From Pirellulales bacterium (lineage in GTDB: Bacteria > Planctomycetota > Planctomycetia > Pirellulales > JAICIG01), in assembly GCA_963786255.1 (NCBI GenBank), contig CAWAYY010000021.1, positions 3,840 through 67,839 on the forward strand: a stretch of DNA of 64,000 nucleotides, given 5' to 3'. The notes beneath the pieces were generated by a model. That model saw only the letters and a list, made by a program, of their open reading frames with translations, was not told the DNA's origin and made no database searches. A program made the position numbers and the translations under genes. The stretch's first letter is position 1. Each line of letters opens with the position of its first letter. Positions 11,318-22,422 of this stretch are shown here, in pieces.

Positions 11318-12139
11318 TCATCCGCGTACGTGTGACCGCCGGAGACGGTGAACGTGCCGTTCGAGCCGGTAACGACGCCAGTGGTTACGCTCGTGCCGTC
11401 GCCCCAATTGATCGAAGCGGTGAAATCGTCCTGGGTGGCCGAAAGATTGCTGTCGGTGAAGGTGGCAACCGTCGTGTCGGTGGCAAGCGCCGTGGCCTCG
11501 GTGCCGGAGAACGTGGCGGCAGAACCTGTCAGGTCGGGATCGAAGATCAGCGCCGTGCTGTGCGCCGTTGCGCTCGCCGTGCCTGGCGCAGTTCTCGCCC
11601 AGGATGACGGTGACTTGTTCCGGACCGCCGGGCGAGGCGTAAACGTGGCTGCCGCTGACGGAGAATGAACCGTCCGAGCCGGTGACTGTACCTGTATCGG
11701 TCGTGCCGTCGCCCCAGTCGATAGTGGCGGTCAGATCGCCGGCCGCGGTGGATGTGATGGTGTCGGTAAATGTGGCGACCTGCCCGGAAAATGTCACGCC
11801 CGCCGTTGTGGCCAGCGTCAATCCCGTGGCCGTTAACACGTCGCCGTCGGCCACCGTTGCGGTTGCAGTGTCGGTGGCGTTGGCCGTGCCGCCGTTCTCG
11901 GAGATGGTGACGCTAAACGTCGGCGACCCCTGGGTCGCGTAGACGTGCGAACCCGAAATAGTGAACGTGCCGTTGGACCCGGTGATCTGACCGGTGGATG
12001 TGCTCGTGCCATCGCCCCAGTCGATCGTGGCGGTGAAGCTCTCCGCCGGAGTGACCGTGTACGTGTCGGTAAAGGTGGCGACGTTGCCGGAAAAGGTCGA
12101 GCCTTCGGTCGTTGAAATCGGCGAGGCGGTGACGCTCAA
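11318..12139 (-). CDS. PKD/DUF4214 exoprotein, segment 2 of 4 (PKD-like repeats)
   Basis: FTATIDWGDGTSTSTGQITGSNGTFTISGSHVY and LTATIDWGDGTTDTGTVTGSDGSFSVSGSHVY. It is in frame from about 12367 to about 11590, and the His/Arg-rich tail after that is out of frame. Confidence 0.8.
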   Translation of the reverse strand: MSVTASPISTTEGSTFSGNVATFTDTYTVTPAESFTATIDWGDGTSTSTGQITGSNGTFTISGSHVYATQGSPTFSVTISENGGTANATDTATATVADGDVLTATGLTLATTAGVTFSGQVATFTDTITSTAAGDLTATIDWGDGTTDTGTVTGSDGSFSVSGSHVYASPGGPEQVTVILGENCARHGERNGAQHGADLRSRPDRFCRHVLRHRGHGACHRHDGCHLHRQQSFGHPGRFHRFDQLGRRHERNHWRRYRLERHVHRLRRSHVRG

Positions 12140-13925
12140 CGTGTCGGCGTCGGCGACGGTCGCTGTTCCGGTAACGGTGATCGGCGTGGGCGTGGCGACG
12201 CCTTCGGAGATGGAAACGGTGAACGTCTCGGTCCCTTGCTGGGCGTACGTGTGCGAACCGCTGACGGTGAACGTGCCGTCCGACCCGCTGATGCTTCCTG
12301 CAGAGGTGGTCGTGCCGTCGCCCCAATCGATCGTGGCCGTGTACGAGTCCTTGGTGACGCCCGCAGAAGGGATCCGTAAAGACGATGACCGGAACGTTCG
12401 AGAGCGCCGTTCCTTCGGTGGCGGCGACGGCGGTCGACGTCGCCGACAGGTTCCCTTCGATCACCAGCGCCGTGCTTGAGAGCGAAGCCGTGGCGCCGAC
12501 CGAGGTGGTGTCGACGATCGAGACGGCGATGGACGCGATCTCGCCGGCCGCGTCATAGGTATGCGTGCCGCTGACGAGAAAGCCGCCGCTGCCGTTGGAC
12601 GTAAGCGTGCCCGTAGAGCTCGACGAGCCGTCGCCCCAGTCGATCGTGGCGGTGAACGTGTCTCCGGCGCGCGCCGCCTCGGGCGTAAACGCCGCCACGA
12701 CACCGTTAAAGCTCGTTGCTTCCGTGGCCGTGAAGCTCGTGCCTTGGGCGGTGAGCGGATTGTCGAAGGCGTTGATCAACTCGCCAAACAGGCCGTGCGT
12801 GCCGTCGCTGCCGCCGGCCGAGAAGAACAGCGTGCTGGCATTGCCGACCGAAGTATTGTTGCCGAACGCCAGGCCGTGCAAACCCGTGATCGTGATCGGG
12901 GTTCCAGACGAATCGCTCAGCGTGCCGGTATAGGCGGCCGTTGGAGCGGCGCTGGCGTTCGTGGTGAGCGAATACGTGTGAATCGTGCCGTCGCCGTTGG
13001 CCACCAGCAGGTCGTTGGCGAAGTCGCCGAACGAGGCCGGCGCGATCGCCATGCCCCACGGCGCGCTGATCTGCGGATCGTTCACGGTCGTGACCAACTC
13101 CGTCTGGAACGTGCCGTCCAGGCTGTAAACGTCGATCAGACCCTGGCTGCCTGCCGCGACTTTCGTGGCATCGTTCGTGTCCTGTTCGGCGTAGGTCACG
13201 AACACCAGCGGCGTGCCGCCGACCGAGAGCACTTGGATGTTGTACGGCGAGTAGCCGGTCGGCAGATTCGGATCCTGGAAGGCGCCGCTGACCAGCGGGG
13301 CGGAAAGTTGGAAGTGGTTGTCGAACACCGAAATCGTGCCCGCGGCGAAATTCGCCGCATACAGGTAATTGTTCGAATTCACCGTCACTTGCGCCAAACC
13401 GGTGTAGAAAGCGCCGGAGGCGGGATTGTTGCCGGCGGTGGCGGTGTCGGTGTCGAGCGTGGGCGCCACGGCCAACTGGCCGTTCTCGGAAGAGAAAATG
13501 AACGAGGCCGAGCCCGTTCCGCCGCCCGGAGTTTGCACGATGAAATCGCCCGTCGAGTTGGAGACGATGCCCGTGGGCCCGGTCAAGCTGCCGGGCATGT
13601 TGGCAATGGCGGGCGAATCGACCTTAAACGGCGAACCGGCGACGGCGCCGATGTAGCGAGAGATCGTATCGCTTCCGGCGTTGGCCACCCACGCGTCGCC
13701 ACTGCCGGGGGCCATGGCAATGCCATACGGATTCACCAGGTTCGGATCGACGATCAGGGCCGAGCCGGCCTGATCGCTGACCAGATTGACCTGCTCATAG
13801 CCGGAAGCGGTCAGAAGCTGCCGCTCCTCGAGCCGTTCCAGACGAAACGATCGTTGTGCTTGTCGTCCGGCAGCCGATGGACGTCGTGAAGAATTGGTTC
13901 GTTGCGCGCGGCGCCGCCGAGCCAT
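11913..13925 (-). CDS. PKD/DUF4214 exoprotein, segment 1 of 4 (basic leader, LERLEERQLL motif, TIGR03118-like propeller region, first PKD-like repeat)
   Basis: MARRRRAQRTNSSRRPSAAGRQAQRSFRLERLEERQLLTASGYEQVNLVSDQAGSALIVDPNLVNPYGIAMAPGSGDAWVANAGSD.... The NLVSD...DP.LVNPxG signature resembles the TIGR03118 family as I remember it. It is in frame only down to about 12367 (extra T in ...GATCCC-T-TCT...), and the remaining His/Arg-rich ORF is read-through. Confidence 0.8.
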   Translation of the reverse strand: MARRRRAQRTNSSRRPSAAGRQAQRSFRLERLEERQLLTASGYEQVNLVSDQAGSALIVDPNLVNPYGIAMAPGSGDAWVANAGSDTISRYIGAVAGSPFKVDSPAIANMPGSLTGPTGIVSNSTGDFIVQTPGGGTGSASFIFSSENGQLAVAPTLDTDTATAGNNPASGAFYTGLAQVTVNSNNYLYAANFAAGTISVFDNHFQLSAPLVSGAFQDPNLPTGYSPYNIQVLSVGGTPLVFVTYAEQDTNDATKVAAGSQGLIDVYSLDGTFQTELVTTVNDPQISAPWGMAIAPASFGDFANDLLVANGDGTIHTYSLTTNASAAPTAAYTGTLSDSSGTPITITGLHGLAFGNNTSVGNASTLFFSAGGSDGTHGLFGELINAFDNPLTAQGTSFTATEATSFNGVVAAFTPEAARAGDTFTATIDWGDGSSSSTGTLTSNGSGGFLVSGTHTYDAAGEIASIAVSIVDTTSVGATASLSSTALVIEGNLSATSTAVAATEGTALSNVPVIVFTDPFCGRHQGLVHGHDRLGRRHDHLCRKHQRVGRHVHRQRFAHVRPARDRDVHRFHLRRRRHAHADHRYRNSDRRRRRHVERHRLADFNDRRLDLFRQRRHLYRHVHGHSGGELHRHDRLGRWHEHIHRSDHRVQRHVHYFGFARLRDPGVADV

Positions 13926-14300
13926 AGTATGTCCCCTGGGAATTGGGCGGGAGCCACGGTCCCTGCCGACGAAAGGATGTCTAACGCTGTTCCATGCCGG
14001 CTCTCGATCGCTTGCCTCAACCTAGCCGGTAAAATTTCAGGTTAATCAGCGGTTGCAATCGCGCCAACAATTTGGCGTGCGAATTTGGGCAAAATGGATT
14101 CCTGTAGCGGAAAAGCGCGAGAGTTCCGTTGCCGAGACTGCCCCCGCCGAATTGTTCTCGATTCCGCTGCAGGCGTGTAGCGGTCCTCTCGACCGTGGCG
14201 GCGCGAGGGCTTCAAGTCATGGCGTGCAAAGAACTTGCGTTTTGCCGCTGGCGGCCCGGCGTTGAGTTGCCGCGGGCGTTGGGAGAACTGTGAAGAACCC

Positions 14301-14322
14301 GCGGAATTCTCGTGAATTCCGC
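14301..14322 (-). terminator. stem-loop just downstream of the DUF1501 gene
   Basis: GCGGAATTC-TCGT-GAATTCCGC (9-bp stem, 4-nt loop), 20 nt past the stop at 14342. The downstream T content on the minus strand is weak. Confidence 0.3.
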
Positions 14323-14341
14323 TACGGCGGGCGATTGGGCG

Positions 14342-15793
14342 TCAGGCCAGCAAGGCCTCGATCGCGCGCCCCTTGCCGTCCTTGGTCACGTGGAACGGAC
14401 GCCCCTCGGTGACGAAGGCCGTGTCGGGCTGGATGCCAAGCGCATGGTAGATGGTGGCATGAACGTCGGTCAGCGAGACGGGGTTTTCGACCGGAAGCAT
14501 GGGGTGCCGGTCGGCGGTGCGGCCGTAGACCAGGCCCGGTTTGAAGCCGCCGCCGAAGAACAACAGGCTGTTTGCGCTGCTGAAGTGGCCGTGGAAGCCG
14601 TAGAGCCGCTCGCTGTCGATCACGAGCTCTTCGCCCGATTGCATCTCGGCGAAGCCGATCGGTTCGACGCCCGCCTTCGGCTGGTTGGCGATGGTGCGGC
14701 CGAATTCGCTGGCGACCACGACGAGCGTGCGCTCGAGCATGCCGCGATCGGCCAGATCGCGGATCAACTGGGCGATGGGGCCGTCGATTTGTTTCTTCAT
14801 CTCTGCCAACCGCACGGCGCCGTCTTCGTGCGTGTCGAAGCCCTTGAAGGCGCCGTACTGATACTCGACCTGGACGAACCTTGCCCCCGCCTCGACCAGC
14901 CGCCGGGCCAGCAGGAGACCGTGCCCGAAGCGGCGACCGTAGTAATACTTCTTGTCGAGCAACTCGTCGGCGGTAATTCGGGGCTCGTAGGCGGCGATCG
15001 TCGACTCGTGTTCTTCGTCAGCATAGGCGAAGGCGCGTTTGACGGGCGAGTCCATCATGGCCCGCGCCGCTTCCATCGACTTCAGGTAAGCGGCCGCCTG
15101 CGCCGACTGATCGAGCCGCGACGGCCCGGCTTCGCTGATCGTCCGCAGGTACTTCAAACGTCGGTCGATCCGCTCCGGAGTCAGACCGGCCGCCGCTTCC
15201 AGCGTGGCGAGCCCTGCGACGGGATCGGGGATCATGAACGGCGCATACGGCAGGCCGTAAAAGCCCGGGCCGATGAACTCGTTGATGAACTGTTTCTCGG
15301 TGTCGCTGGTATCGATGTCTCGTCCGATGTAGATGTAAGGCGGTACGTTGCGGGCGCGGTCCCAGGATGCGCGCCGTGGCGGCGCCGATGCTGGGCGCTT
15401 TGACGCCGACCGGGAACAGATACCCGGTCATCATGTAATACTGGGCCTTCAGATGCACGGCGCCGAATTTGGTTTCGTTCGTCAGGCTCCGCAGCAGCGT
15501 GCCGTGGTGCATGACCGAGGCCATTTGTTCCAGGCCTTCGCCGAACTGCAAGCCGTCGACGGAGGTGGGAATGGGCCGGCACGTGCCGAGCAACTCGCTC
15601 CCCTTCATCCCCTTTTCAAACGGCGTGTGCTGTTTGAGATCCCACGTGTCCATCTGCGCTACGCCGCCCGGCAGCCAGATGAAGATTACCGAATCGGCCT
15701 TGGGCCGCAGACGCTGGCGCGGCTCCGCACCGCGGCGCTTGCCGCCAGGGCGGCCGCAGCGGTTGTTTGCAAGAATTGTCGGCGATTGAGCAT
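14342..15793 (-). CDS. DUF1501 domain protein (sulfatase-fold, Tat-type leader), two frame breaks
   Basis: ATG 15793: MLNRRQFLQTTAAAALAASAA.... This is followed by KADSVIFIWLPGGVAQMDTWDLKQHTPF, VVVASEFGRT and YGFHGHFSSANSLLFFGGGFKPG...HATIYHALG. Breaks near 15735 and 15363 join ORFs 15018..15653 and 14342..15235. Confidence 0.85.
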
Positions 15794-15855
15794 GTTATTT
15801 GATGTACTGAAACTCCGGGCTGCAGGCCAGCGCCCAGAGCATGTCGTGCAGGCCA

Positions 15856-17507
15856 TCACTGAGCGATTCGGCTTGCTTCCAGAAACTCCTTGCCGAGGCG
15901 TTTTTCGTCGGGCGTGGCGTGGCGGCTAAGGACGGTTTGATAGAGCTGGTCGACCAGGCGGCGATGATCGATCCGCTTCGGCAGCTTTACGAGCAGCGGG
16001 TATTGCTGGATCAGTTCTTCCAGTTCCGGGCCGTTGAGCAACTCGAGCGACTGGACGACGGCCACGTCGTTGGGCCGCGAGGTGCTGATTTCGTTCCGCG
16101 AAGAAGGTCGGCCCAGGGCCCGCATCAAGGCGGTCGATCGGCCGTCGAGAAACAGCCGTTCCTGCGGACGCAGTTGGCCGGTCATCGCCAGACGCAGGCT
16201 GTCGATCGCCTGCTCGGCGGTCAGCCGCCGTAAAGATGGCGAGCGATAGTAACGAGGCGCCGCCTGGCCGATTTCGAAATGGTCTTCCAACTCCGGATCG
16301 TACCGCCGTTGATAGGTGCGGCTGGTCAGGATCAGACGAATCGTGTGCTGCAGATCGCAGCCGTGTTCCATGAAGTCGTATGCCAGCCAAGCGAGCAAGT
16401 CCGGGTGACTGGCCGGCGAGTCGTCGCGGAAATCGTCGGCGGGCTCGAACAGACCCAGGCCCAGATAGCGTTTCCACAACCGGTTGACGATGGTCTTGGA
16501 AAATCGCGGGTTGAGCGGATCGGTCAGCAATTGAGCCGTCAGGTGCAAGCGGGCGTTCAGCGCGCTCGGCGCGTGGCTCGGCGCGCCCGGCAAATCGAAG
16601 GGAAACCGCGCCGCCACGAATTCGCCGCTTCGCGCATCGCAGCGAATGTGCTCCAGGTCTTGCGGCGCGAACAAGCCGGCAAAGGCCAGGAAACGGTCCT
16701 GCGGCCATTCCGTGTTTTCGAAATGGTCATGGCAGCTCGCGCATTTCATGCTCGTGCCCAGAAAGACCTGGCCCACGTTGGCCGCCGTCTGCAGCGTGAC
16801 CTGGTGGTCTTCGTTGCGCACGTAGCCGATCAGGTATCGGGTGCCGATCAGCTCTTCGCTCTTTTCGCGATGCCGGCCGGGCATGGTAGGATCGATCAAT
16901 TCGGCGGTCATCACGTCGAACGGGCGATTCTGTTCGAAACTCTCCAGCAGCCACTGGCGATAGTTGCCGCGAGTCGGAATGCCCCCTTGGCCCAGGACCG
17001 ACTGGCTGGCCAGGGCGTCTTCCCAGAACGGCGTCCAATGTGCGGCGTATTCTTCGCGCCGCGAGAGCAACTGATCGACCAGCCGCTCGCGCTTCTGGCT
17101 CGAACGATCCGCCTTGAACCGGTTCATTTCCAGCACCGTGGGAATGACGCCGATCACGTCCAGGTAGACGCGGTGCGCAAACGTGGCGTCGTCGCACAGT
17201 TCGGGCGGTTCCTGGGCGGCGCCCAGTCCGGCTTGTTTCCACGAGGCGACGATGAACTGGTCGACGGCATTGTTCGTTGGCTGATCGACCTTGGGCGGTT
17301 CCGGCGGAGGAATCGCTTGCTTGAGCCGGTGGCGCGCCGCTCGACGAGCATCTGCTCGCTGTCGCTTCCGGAAGCGGGTCCCTCGAAAGAAGCATTATCG
17401 GCAGCGCGAGCTTCGGGCGTCGCAGACGACAATGGCAGCAGCGTCGCCACGGCGGCTACGATCAAGCCAGACAGTCTGGGATGAGTGCGTTCAGTCATCA
17501 TCAACAT
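15856..17507 (-). CDS. DUF1549/DUF1553 domain protein (planctomycete PSD-type), one frame break
   Basis: Signal-like MLMMTERTHPRLSGLIVAAVATLLPLSSATPEARA. After a break near 17335 the frame of ORF 15856..17157 is open from 17394: ...IPPPEPPKVDQPTNNAVDQFIVASWKQAGLGAAQEPPELCDDATFAHRVYLDVIGVIPT...HWTPFWEDAL (DUF1549) ... CASCHDHFENTEWPQDRFLAFAGLF (DUF1553). This is the usual upstream partner of a DUF1501 gene. Confidence 0.8.
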
Positions 17508-17733
17508 TGTTCGGGGGCCTCGCCGCACGAGGCAAGGGCGTCAGCAGTTTGGGCGGCCGTAATGAACGAGAGCACGAATCGAGGCGGCAACCACCGGAGC
17601 AGGCAACGCCCAAGCTAGCTGCAAATCGCCGCCGCCCTTTGCGGAACTCGCCGGCGTGCCAAAATCTCGCGTCCACGCGGTCGCGTCAAACAATTTTGGC
17701 TACGCGCTTCCCGTTTTCCGAAGCGGCCGCGTC

Positions 17734-18896
17734 TTACTTCGGATTCTTGTACGACGGGCCGTTGATGTCCGAATCGGCGATAATCTGATGTTCCACGGTC
17801 AACTTGGGCGTGGCCTTGCCGTCGGCTTTCACCGTTTGCGGCGTGTAACGGACGTATTTGCGATGGAACGGATCGAGGAACCGATCTCCCTTCTGGAAGA
17901 TGGGCCGGTACTCGGTCATTTCTCCGAACCACTCCGGCCCCACGACCTGCGCGGGAATCCAGTGGCCGTTGCCTTCCTTATCGACCAGGTAGAACTCGGG
18001 GTAGTTGTGCCCTTCGACCCACACGCTGCGAGCCACGACCTTCGACAGCCGGCACATGCTGACGAACAAGGCGCTCATCTCCTCGCAATCGCCGCAGCCT
18101 TGTTCAATGGCGAACAGCGCTCCGCGGAAATTGCCGTTTTGAAAGTCGACGTTGTCTCGAGTCCAGCTCCAGAAACCTTTGACCGTTTCCCAGGCGCCGT
18201 CCTCCTGGTGTTGTTTCTCCAAGTCTCGCGCCAGTTCCACGATTTTCGGATGTTTCATTTCGAGCCCCGGCGCGGGCCCCGTGAACTGGTCGCGGACTTC
18301 GCTTGGCACGCCGCGGGGCAGGCCCAGTTCTTCCGCTGGAGCGACGAACTCCATCCGCCAACGCTTCATTTCATAAAGCAACTCGACCGAGGCCGATTTG
18401 CCTGCTTCAATCGCGGGGATCGTGAATTTGAAGGTCTTGCACTGGCCGGGCTTGACGGTGTATTCGAGCTTGCCCCCCTCTTCATACTTTTCGCTCAGCA
18501 AACGCGTCTGTTGTTCGGGCCAGTCCATCGGCGCGCGGCGCCACGACGACCACATTGCGGGCGTCGCTTTCGGCCGGGGCATTGACGCGAACCAGCACTT
18601 TCAGACGATAAATGCGCGGGTCGCTCAGTTCCAGGAACGGATCCTTTTCGAATTCCTGGTTGTTGTCGGCCGTCTTGCGAAAGGCCCGCCCGGGGCGTTT
18701 GGCGACTCGGGCGCGAACCGGTTTCGCCGAGCGAGAATCGTCGGCCGCCGAACTATCGTCCGCATCGCTGGAGGCAGAACTGCCGGTCGCTTTCGACTCG
18801 CTCTTTGGCTCTCGCCGAATTCAGCCAGCCCGCGCCGTAGGAAGCCAGGGCCAGCAGGAGCAGGAACGCCAAAGGAGTTGCAAGTCGGTGATGCAT
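17734..18896 (-). CDS. secreted transglutaminase-like (cysteine protease fold) protein, two frame breaks
   Basis: ORF 17734..18582 carries GCGDCEEMSALFVSMCR ... GHNYPEFY ... HWIPAQV (transglutaminase-core Cys/His pattern). The N-terminus MHHRLATPLAFLLLLALASYGAGW (ATG 18896) and a Ser/Asp-rich linker are recovered through breaks near 18805 and 18545. Confidence 0.7.
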
Positions 18897-19339
18897 CAAG
18901 ACCTCGCCGCCAGAAAAGAGCCGCTCTTTGTCCTCATCGTCGTGCGCCAAAGACTCCTTCCTCAAGCGATCGCTGAACGTCTGTTGAGCAACGGCGGAAG
19001 GCTTCCGCCCGCCGTCGCATCGGGAGCGTCCGGCAATGAAATGGCAATATGGTCAGTATGCTAGGTATGGGTAAACTTGTCAAAATCTTCCTGCCAGCGT
19101 TCAATTCCGGCGGCCTGCCGATCAAGAGCCATCAGCAGCGGCCGTCCATGGCGCTAATTGGAAAGTATCAAATAACTTGCGATGGGGAACCGGTGCGCCT
19201 CTCGCCTTGCTGGCTGGCCAAAATACTGCTCTTTTCCCGGCCCCGACTTTTAGGTATTCCAACGCCTCGATTCCGCCAGCGATTCTGCCCTTTCGGCGGT
19301 TGCTTTGGATTTTCCTCGGGCTATGGGAGCGACTGCGCG

Positions 19340-20143
19340 ATGCAAGTGGTGATTCTTTGCGGCGGACAGGGCACTCGCATCCGCGACGTGGCCGACGACA
19401 TACCCAAGCCGATGATTCCCATCGGCGGCAAGCCGATCCTCTGGCACATCATGAAAAGCTATGCGCAGCAGGGCTTCTCCGAGTTCGTGCTCTGCCTGGG
19501 CTACAAGAGTTGGGTCATCAAACGTTACTTTCTCAACTACTACCTGGCGGGGGTCGACTTCAGCCTGCAACTCGGCTCGCCTGACCAACTCCAGATCCAC
19601 GATGACGTCGACGAGGCCGATTGGCGCGTGACGCTGGCTGAAACGGGTGCTCATTCGATGACCGGCTGCCGGGTAAAACGCATCGAGCCGTACATTCAGG
19701 GCGAGAGGTTCATGCTGACCTACGGCGATGGCGTTTCCGACATCGATCTGCGGCGCCTGGCGGACTTCCATTGCCAGCACGGCAAACTGGGAACCGTAAC
19801 GGCCATTCAGCCGCCCAGCCGCTTTGGCGAGATCGAATTGAACGGACCGCGCGTGGTCGACTTCATGGAAAAGCCGCTGACCGCCAAGGGACGAATCAGC
19901 GGTGGTTTCTTTGTCTTCGAGCGGAGCTTTTTTGACCGGCTCGACGAGGACCCGGACTTGATCCTGGAACGCGAGCCGCTCACCCGACTGGCAAACGACG
20001 GCCAGCTCATGGCGTACTTGCACGACGGTTTCTGGCATCCGATGGACAGCAGCCGCGACCACAATCACCTCAACCAGTTGTGGTCCCAAGGGCAGGCGCC
20101 TTGGAACACGTGGGAAAAACCTCGGCTGCGCAAGGCAGCCTGA
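19340..20143 (+). CDS. rfbF: glucose-1-phosphate cytidylyltransferase
   Basis: ATG 19340: MQVVILCGGQGTRIRDVADDIPKPMIPIGGKPILWHIMKSYAQQGFSEFVLCLGYKSWVIKRYFLNYY...GGFFVFERSFF...GFWHPMDSSRDHNHLNQLWSQGQAPW. Close to Salmonella RfbF along its full length. The ORF-track start at 19049 is upstream read-through. Confidence 0.9.
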   Translation: MQVVILCGGQGTRIRDVADDIPKPMIPIGGKPILWHIMKSYAQQGFSEFVLCLGYKSWVIKRYFLNYYLAGVDFSLQLGSPDQLQIHDDVDEADWRVTLAETGAHSMTGCRVKRIEPYIQGERFMLTYGDGVSDIDLRRLADFHCQHGKLGTVTAIQPPSRFGEIELNGPRVVDFMEKPLTAKGRISGGFFVFERSFFDRLDEDPDLILEREPLTRLANDGQLMAYLHDGFWHPMDSSRDHNHLNQLWSQGQAPWNTWEKPRLRKAA

Positions 20144-20185
20144 GAGGGAATAGTTTTTGGCAAGCAAAGCAGGAAGCAATCGCTC

Positions 20186-21221
20186 ATGACGCAAACTGAC
20201 GGGTTTTGGCAGGATCGCCGCGTGTTCGTGACCGGTTGCACCGGACTGGTTGGCTCTTGGACCGTGCGGACCTTGCTGGAGCGTGGCGCTCACGTCGTGG
20301 GGCTGGTCCGGGACCGTCTGCCGCAGAGCGAGTTGGCGCGGAGCGGACTCGACCGGCGAATCGACATCGTGCACGGTTGCGTCGAGAACTATGCACTCCT
20401 GGAACGCACGCTTGCCGAATACGAAATTCAGACGGTCATTCATCTGGCCGCCCAGACGATCGTCGGCGTCGCCAATCGCAGTCCGCTGTCGACGTTCGAA
20501 ACCAATATTAAGGGCACGTGGAACCTGTTGGAAGCCGCAAGGCGCTGCGGAACGCAGCCGCAGGTAATCGTCGCCTCGTCTGACAAAGCCTATGGCGAAC
20601 AAACGCAGTTGCCTTACACGGAAGATGCGCCGTTGGACGGGCGGCACCCATACGACGCCAGCAAGTCGTGCACTGACATCCTGGCTTTGACCTATCATCA
20701 CACCTACCGCCTGCCGGTTTGCGTAACGCGGTGCGGTAACTTCTATGGCGGCGGCGATCTGAACTGGAACCGGATCGTGCCCGGCGCCATCCGTTCGGTG
20801 CTGCGCGGAGAGCCCCCGCTGAATTCGTTCCGATGGCAGCTATGTTCGCGACTATTTCTACGTCAAAGACGGCGCGGCCGCCTACCTGCACCTGGCCGAA
20901 TGCATGGCGGTGCAACCGGAGGTCGTCGGCCAGGCGTTCAATTTCTCCACGGAAATCCAGGTCACGGTGTTGGAACTGGTCGAGCGGATCTTGCAGCAGA
21001 TGGGGTCGTCGTTGCAGCCGGACGTGCGCGGCGAGGCCAGCAATGAAATCAAACACCAGTACTTGTCTGCCGCGAAGGCTCGCGAGTTGCTCGCCTGGCG
21101 ACCCCGTTACCAACTCGACGAATCTCTGGCGGAGACGATCGACTGGTATCGGAAACACGTCGCCGCGCTCGATGCCGGCCGGGGCGAGAGCCGGCCGACC
21201 CCGTTGCGCAAAGCGGGCTAG
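20186..21221 (+). CDS. rfbG: CDP-glucose 4,6-dehydratase, one frame break
   Basis: [25 protein letters not shown]... (FW..RVFVTG.TG..GSW is the RfbG N-terminus), [13 protein letters not shown]. An extra base at about 20822 (...RGEPPL|[26 protein letters not shown]...) joins ORFs 20186..21046 and 20904..21221. Confidence 0.85.
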
Positions 21222-21280
21222 CGGCAAGAGGCAATAGAGCGTCGCCCGTTGACAGCCAGCCACCCGAAAGACGGCGCCTG

Positions 21281-22226
21281 ATGAAACGCGATAGAGTCCT
21301 GATTACCGGCGCAAGCGGCTTTATCGGCGCTTGTCTGACGCGAGACCTGATCGCCGCAGGGCACGAGGTCCATGTGACGCTGCGCGCCCAGTCGTCTCGC
21401 TGGCGGCTAGCGGGCCTGGAAGGGCAATTCGTCGAACATCAGGCGGATCTGCGAGACCTCGCCGCCGTGCGGCGCGCCGTCGAGGCGAGCCGCCCCGAAG
21501 TCGTCTATCACCTGGCGGCCCACGGAGCGCTCTATCAGCAGCAGGACCGCGCCGCGATTCTGGCCACCAATCTGCTGGGGACTTGCAACCTGTTGGACGC
21601 GCTGGACAAGCATGAGTACCGCATGCTGGTGCAGGCGGGCAGCTCGTCGGAATACGGACACAAATCCGGCGCCATGCGCGAAGACGACCGGCTTGAGCCG
21701 CGGACCGATTACGCCGTCTCCAAGGCCGCCGCCACGATGCTCTGCCAGGCTGCGGCGCGACAAGGCCGCCCGGTGACGACCGTCCGCGTCTTCTCGGCCT
21801 ATGGACCTTGGGAAGATCCCAGCCGGCTCGTCCCGTACGTAATGGACTGCTGCCTGCAAGGCGAGACGCCGCGCGTCACTTCCGGGCGACAGCCGAGAGA
21901 TTTCATCTTTGTCGAGGATTGCATCGAGTTGCTGAAACTGCGCGGCCCGCATGCCTGGCGTGAGCGGGCAGATTCTGCACGCCGGCAGCGGTCGGCAGCA
22001 GACGGTGCGCGAGATGGTCGAGACCATCATCGACGTGTGCGGTCAGCGGCAAGGGATGGCTCAATTCGGCGGCGAGCCGGCGCGGCCCGACGAACCGGTA
22101 ACGTGGGTCGCCGGCATCGACCGCACCGTTGAGTTGACCGGCTGGCGGCCCCGGCACGATTTGCGAAGCGGCATTGAGCACACTTGGGCCTGGCGCCGGC
22201 GTTTGAGACAAGGGCTCGCGGCATGA
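21281..22226 (+). CDS. NAD(P)-dependent SDR epimerase/reductase (candidate CDP-4-keto-3,6-dideoxyhexose reductase), one frame break
   Basis: MKRDRVLITGASGFIGACLTRDL (GxxGxxG), YAVSK catalytic pair. An extra C near 21941 (...DCIELLKL|AARMPGVSGQILHAGSGRQQTVREMVE...) joins ORFs 21281..22132 and 21951..22226. The specific reaction is an inference from operon context. Confidence 0.75.
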
Positions 22227-22422
22227 CGCAAGTCGCGTCCCCGCCGCTGGCTCATCAGATGCCCGCGGCTGCATTCGACGAATTTCAAAACTCGATGTGG
22301 CAAGATGAAATGAACCAAGGGGCGAACAGGGCAGTTGTCGGCCGGTCGGACAATTGGTCTGGAGTCCTCGCGAACGTTGCTGCGGGCCTCGGGCTCTACA
22401 ACCTCAACCAGCCGGATTTGTT

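Larger units (their letters stand above)
9780..12720 (-). repeat. tandem coding repeat: 10 PKD-like units of ~100 aa (~300 bp)
   Basis: The core (T/S)A(T/S/I)I(D/N)WGDG(T/S) recurs 10 times at ~300-bp spacing. The plus strand shows GTCGCCCCAATCGAT-like strings near 9885, 10185, 10485, 10790, 11095, 11400, 11720, 12020, 12330 and 12640. Confidence 0.85.
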
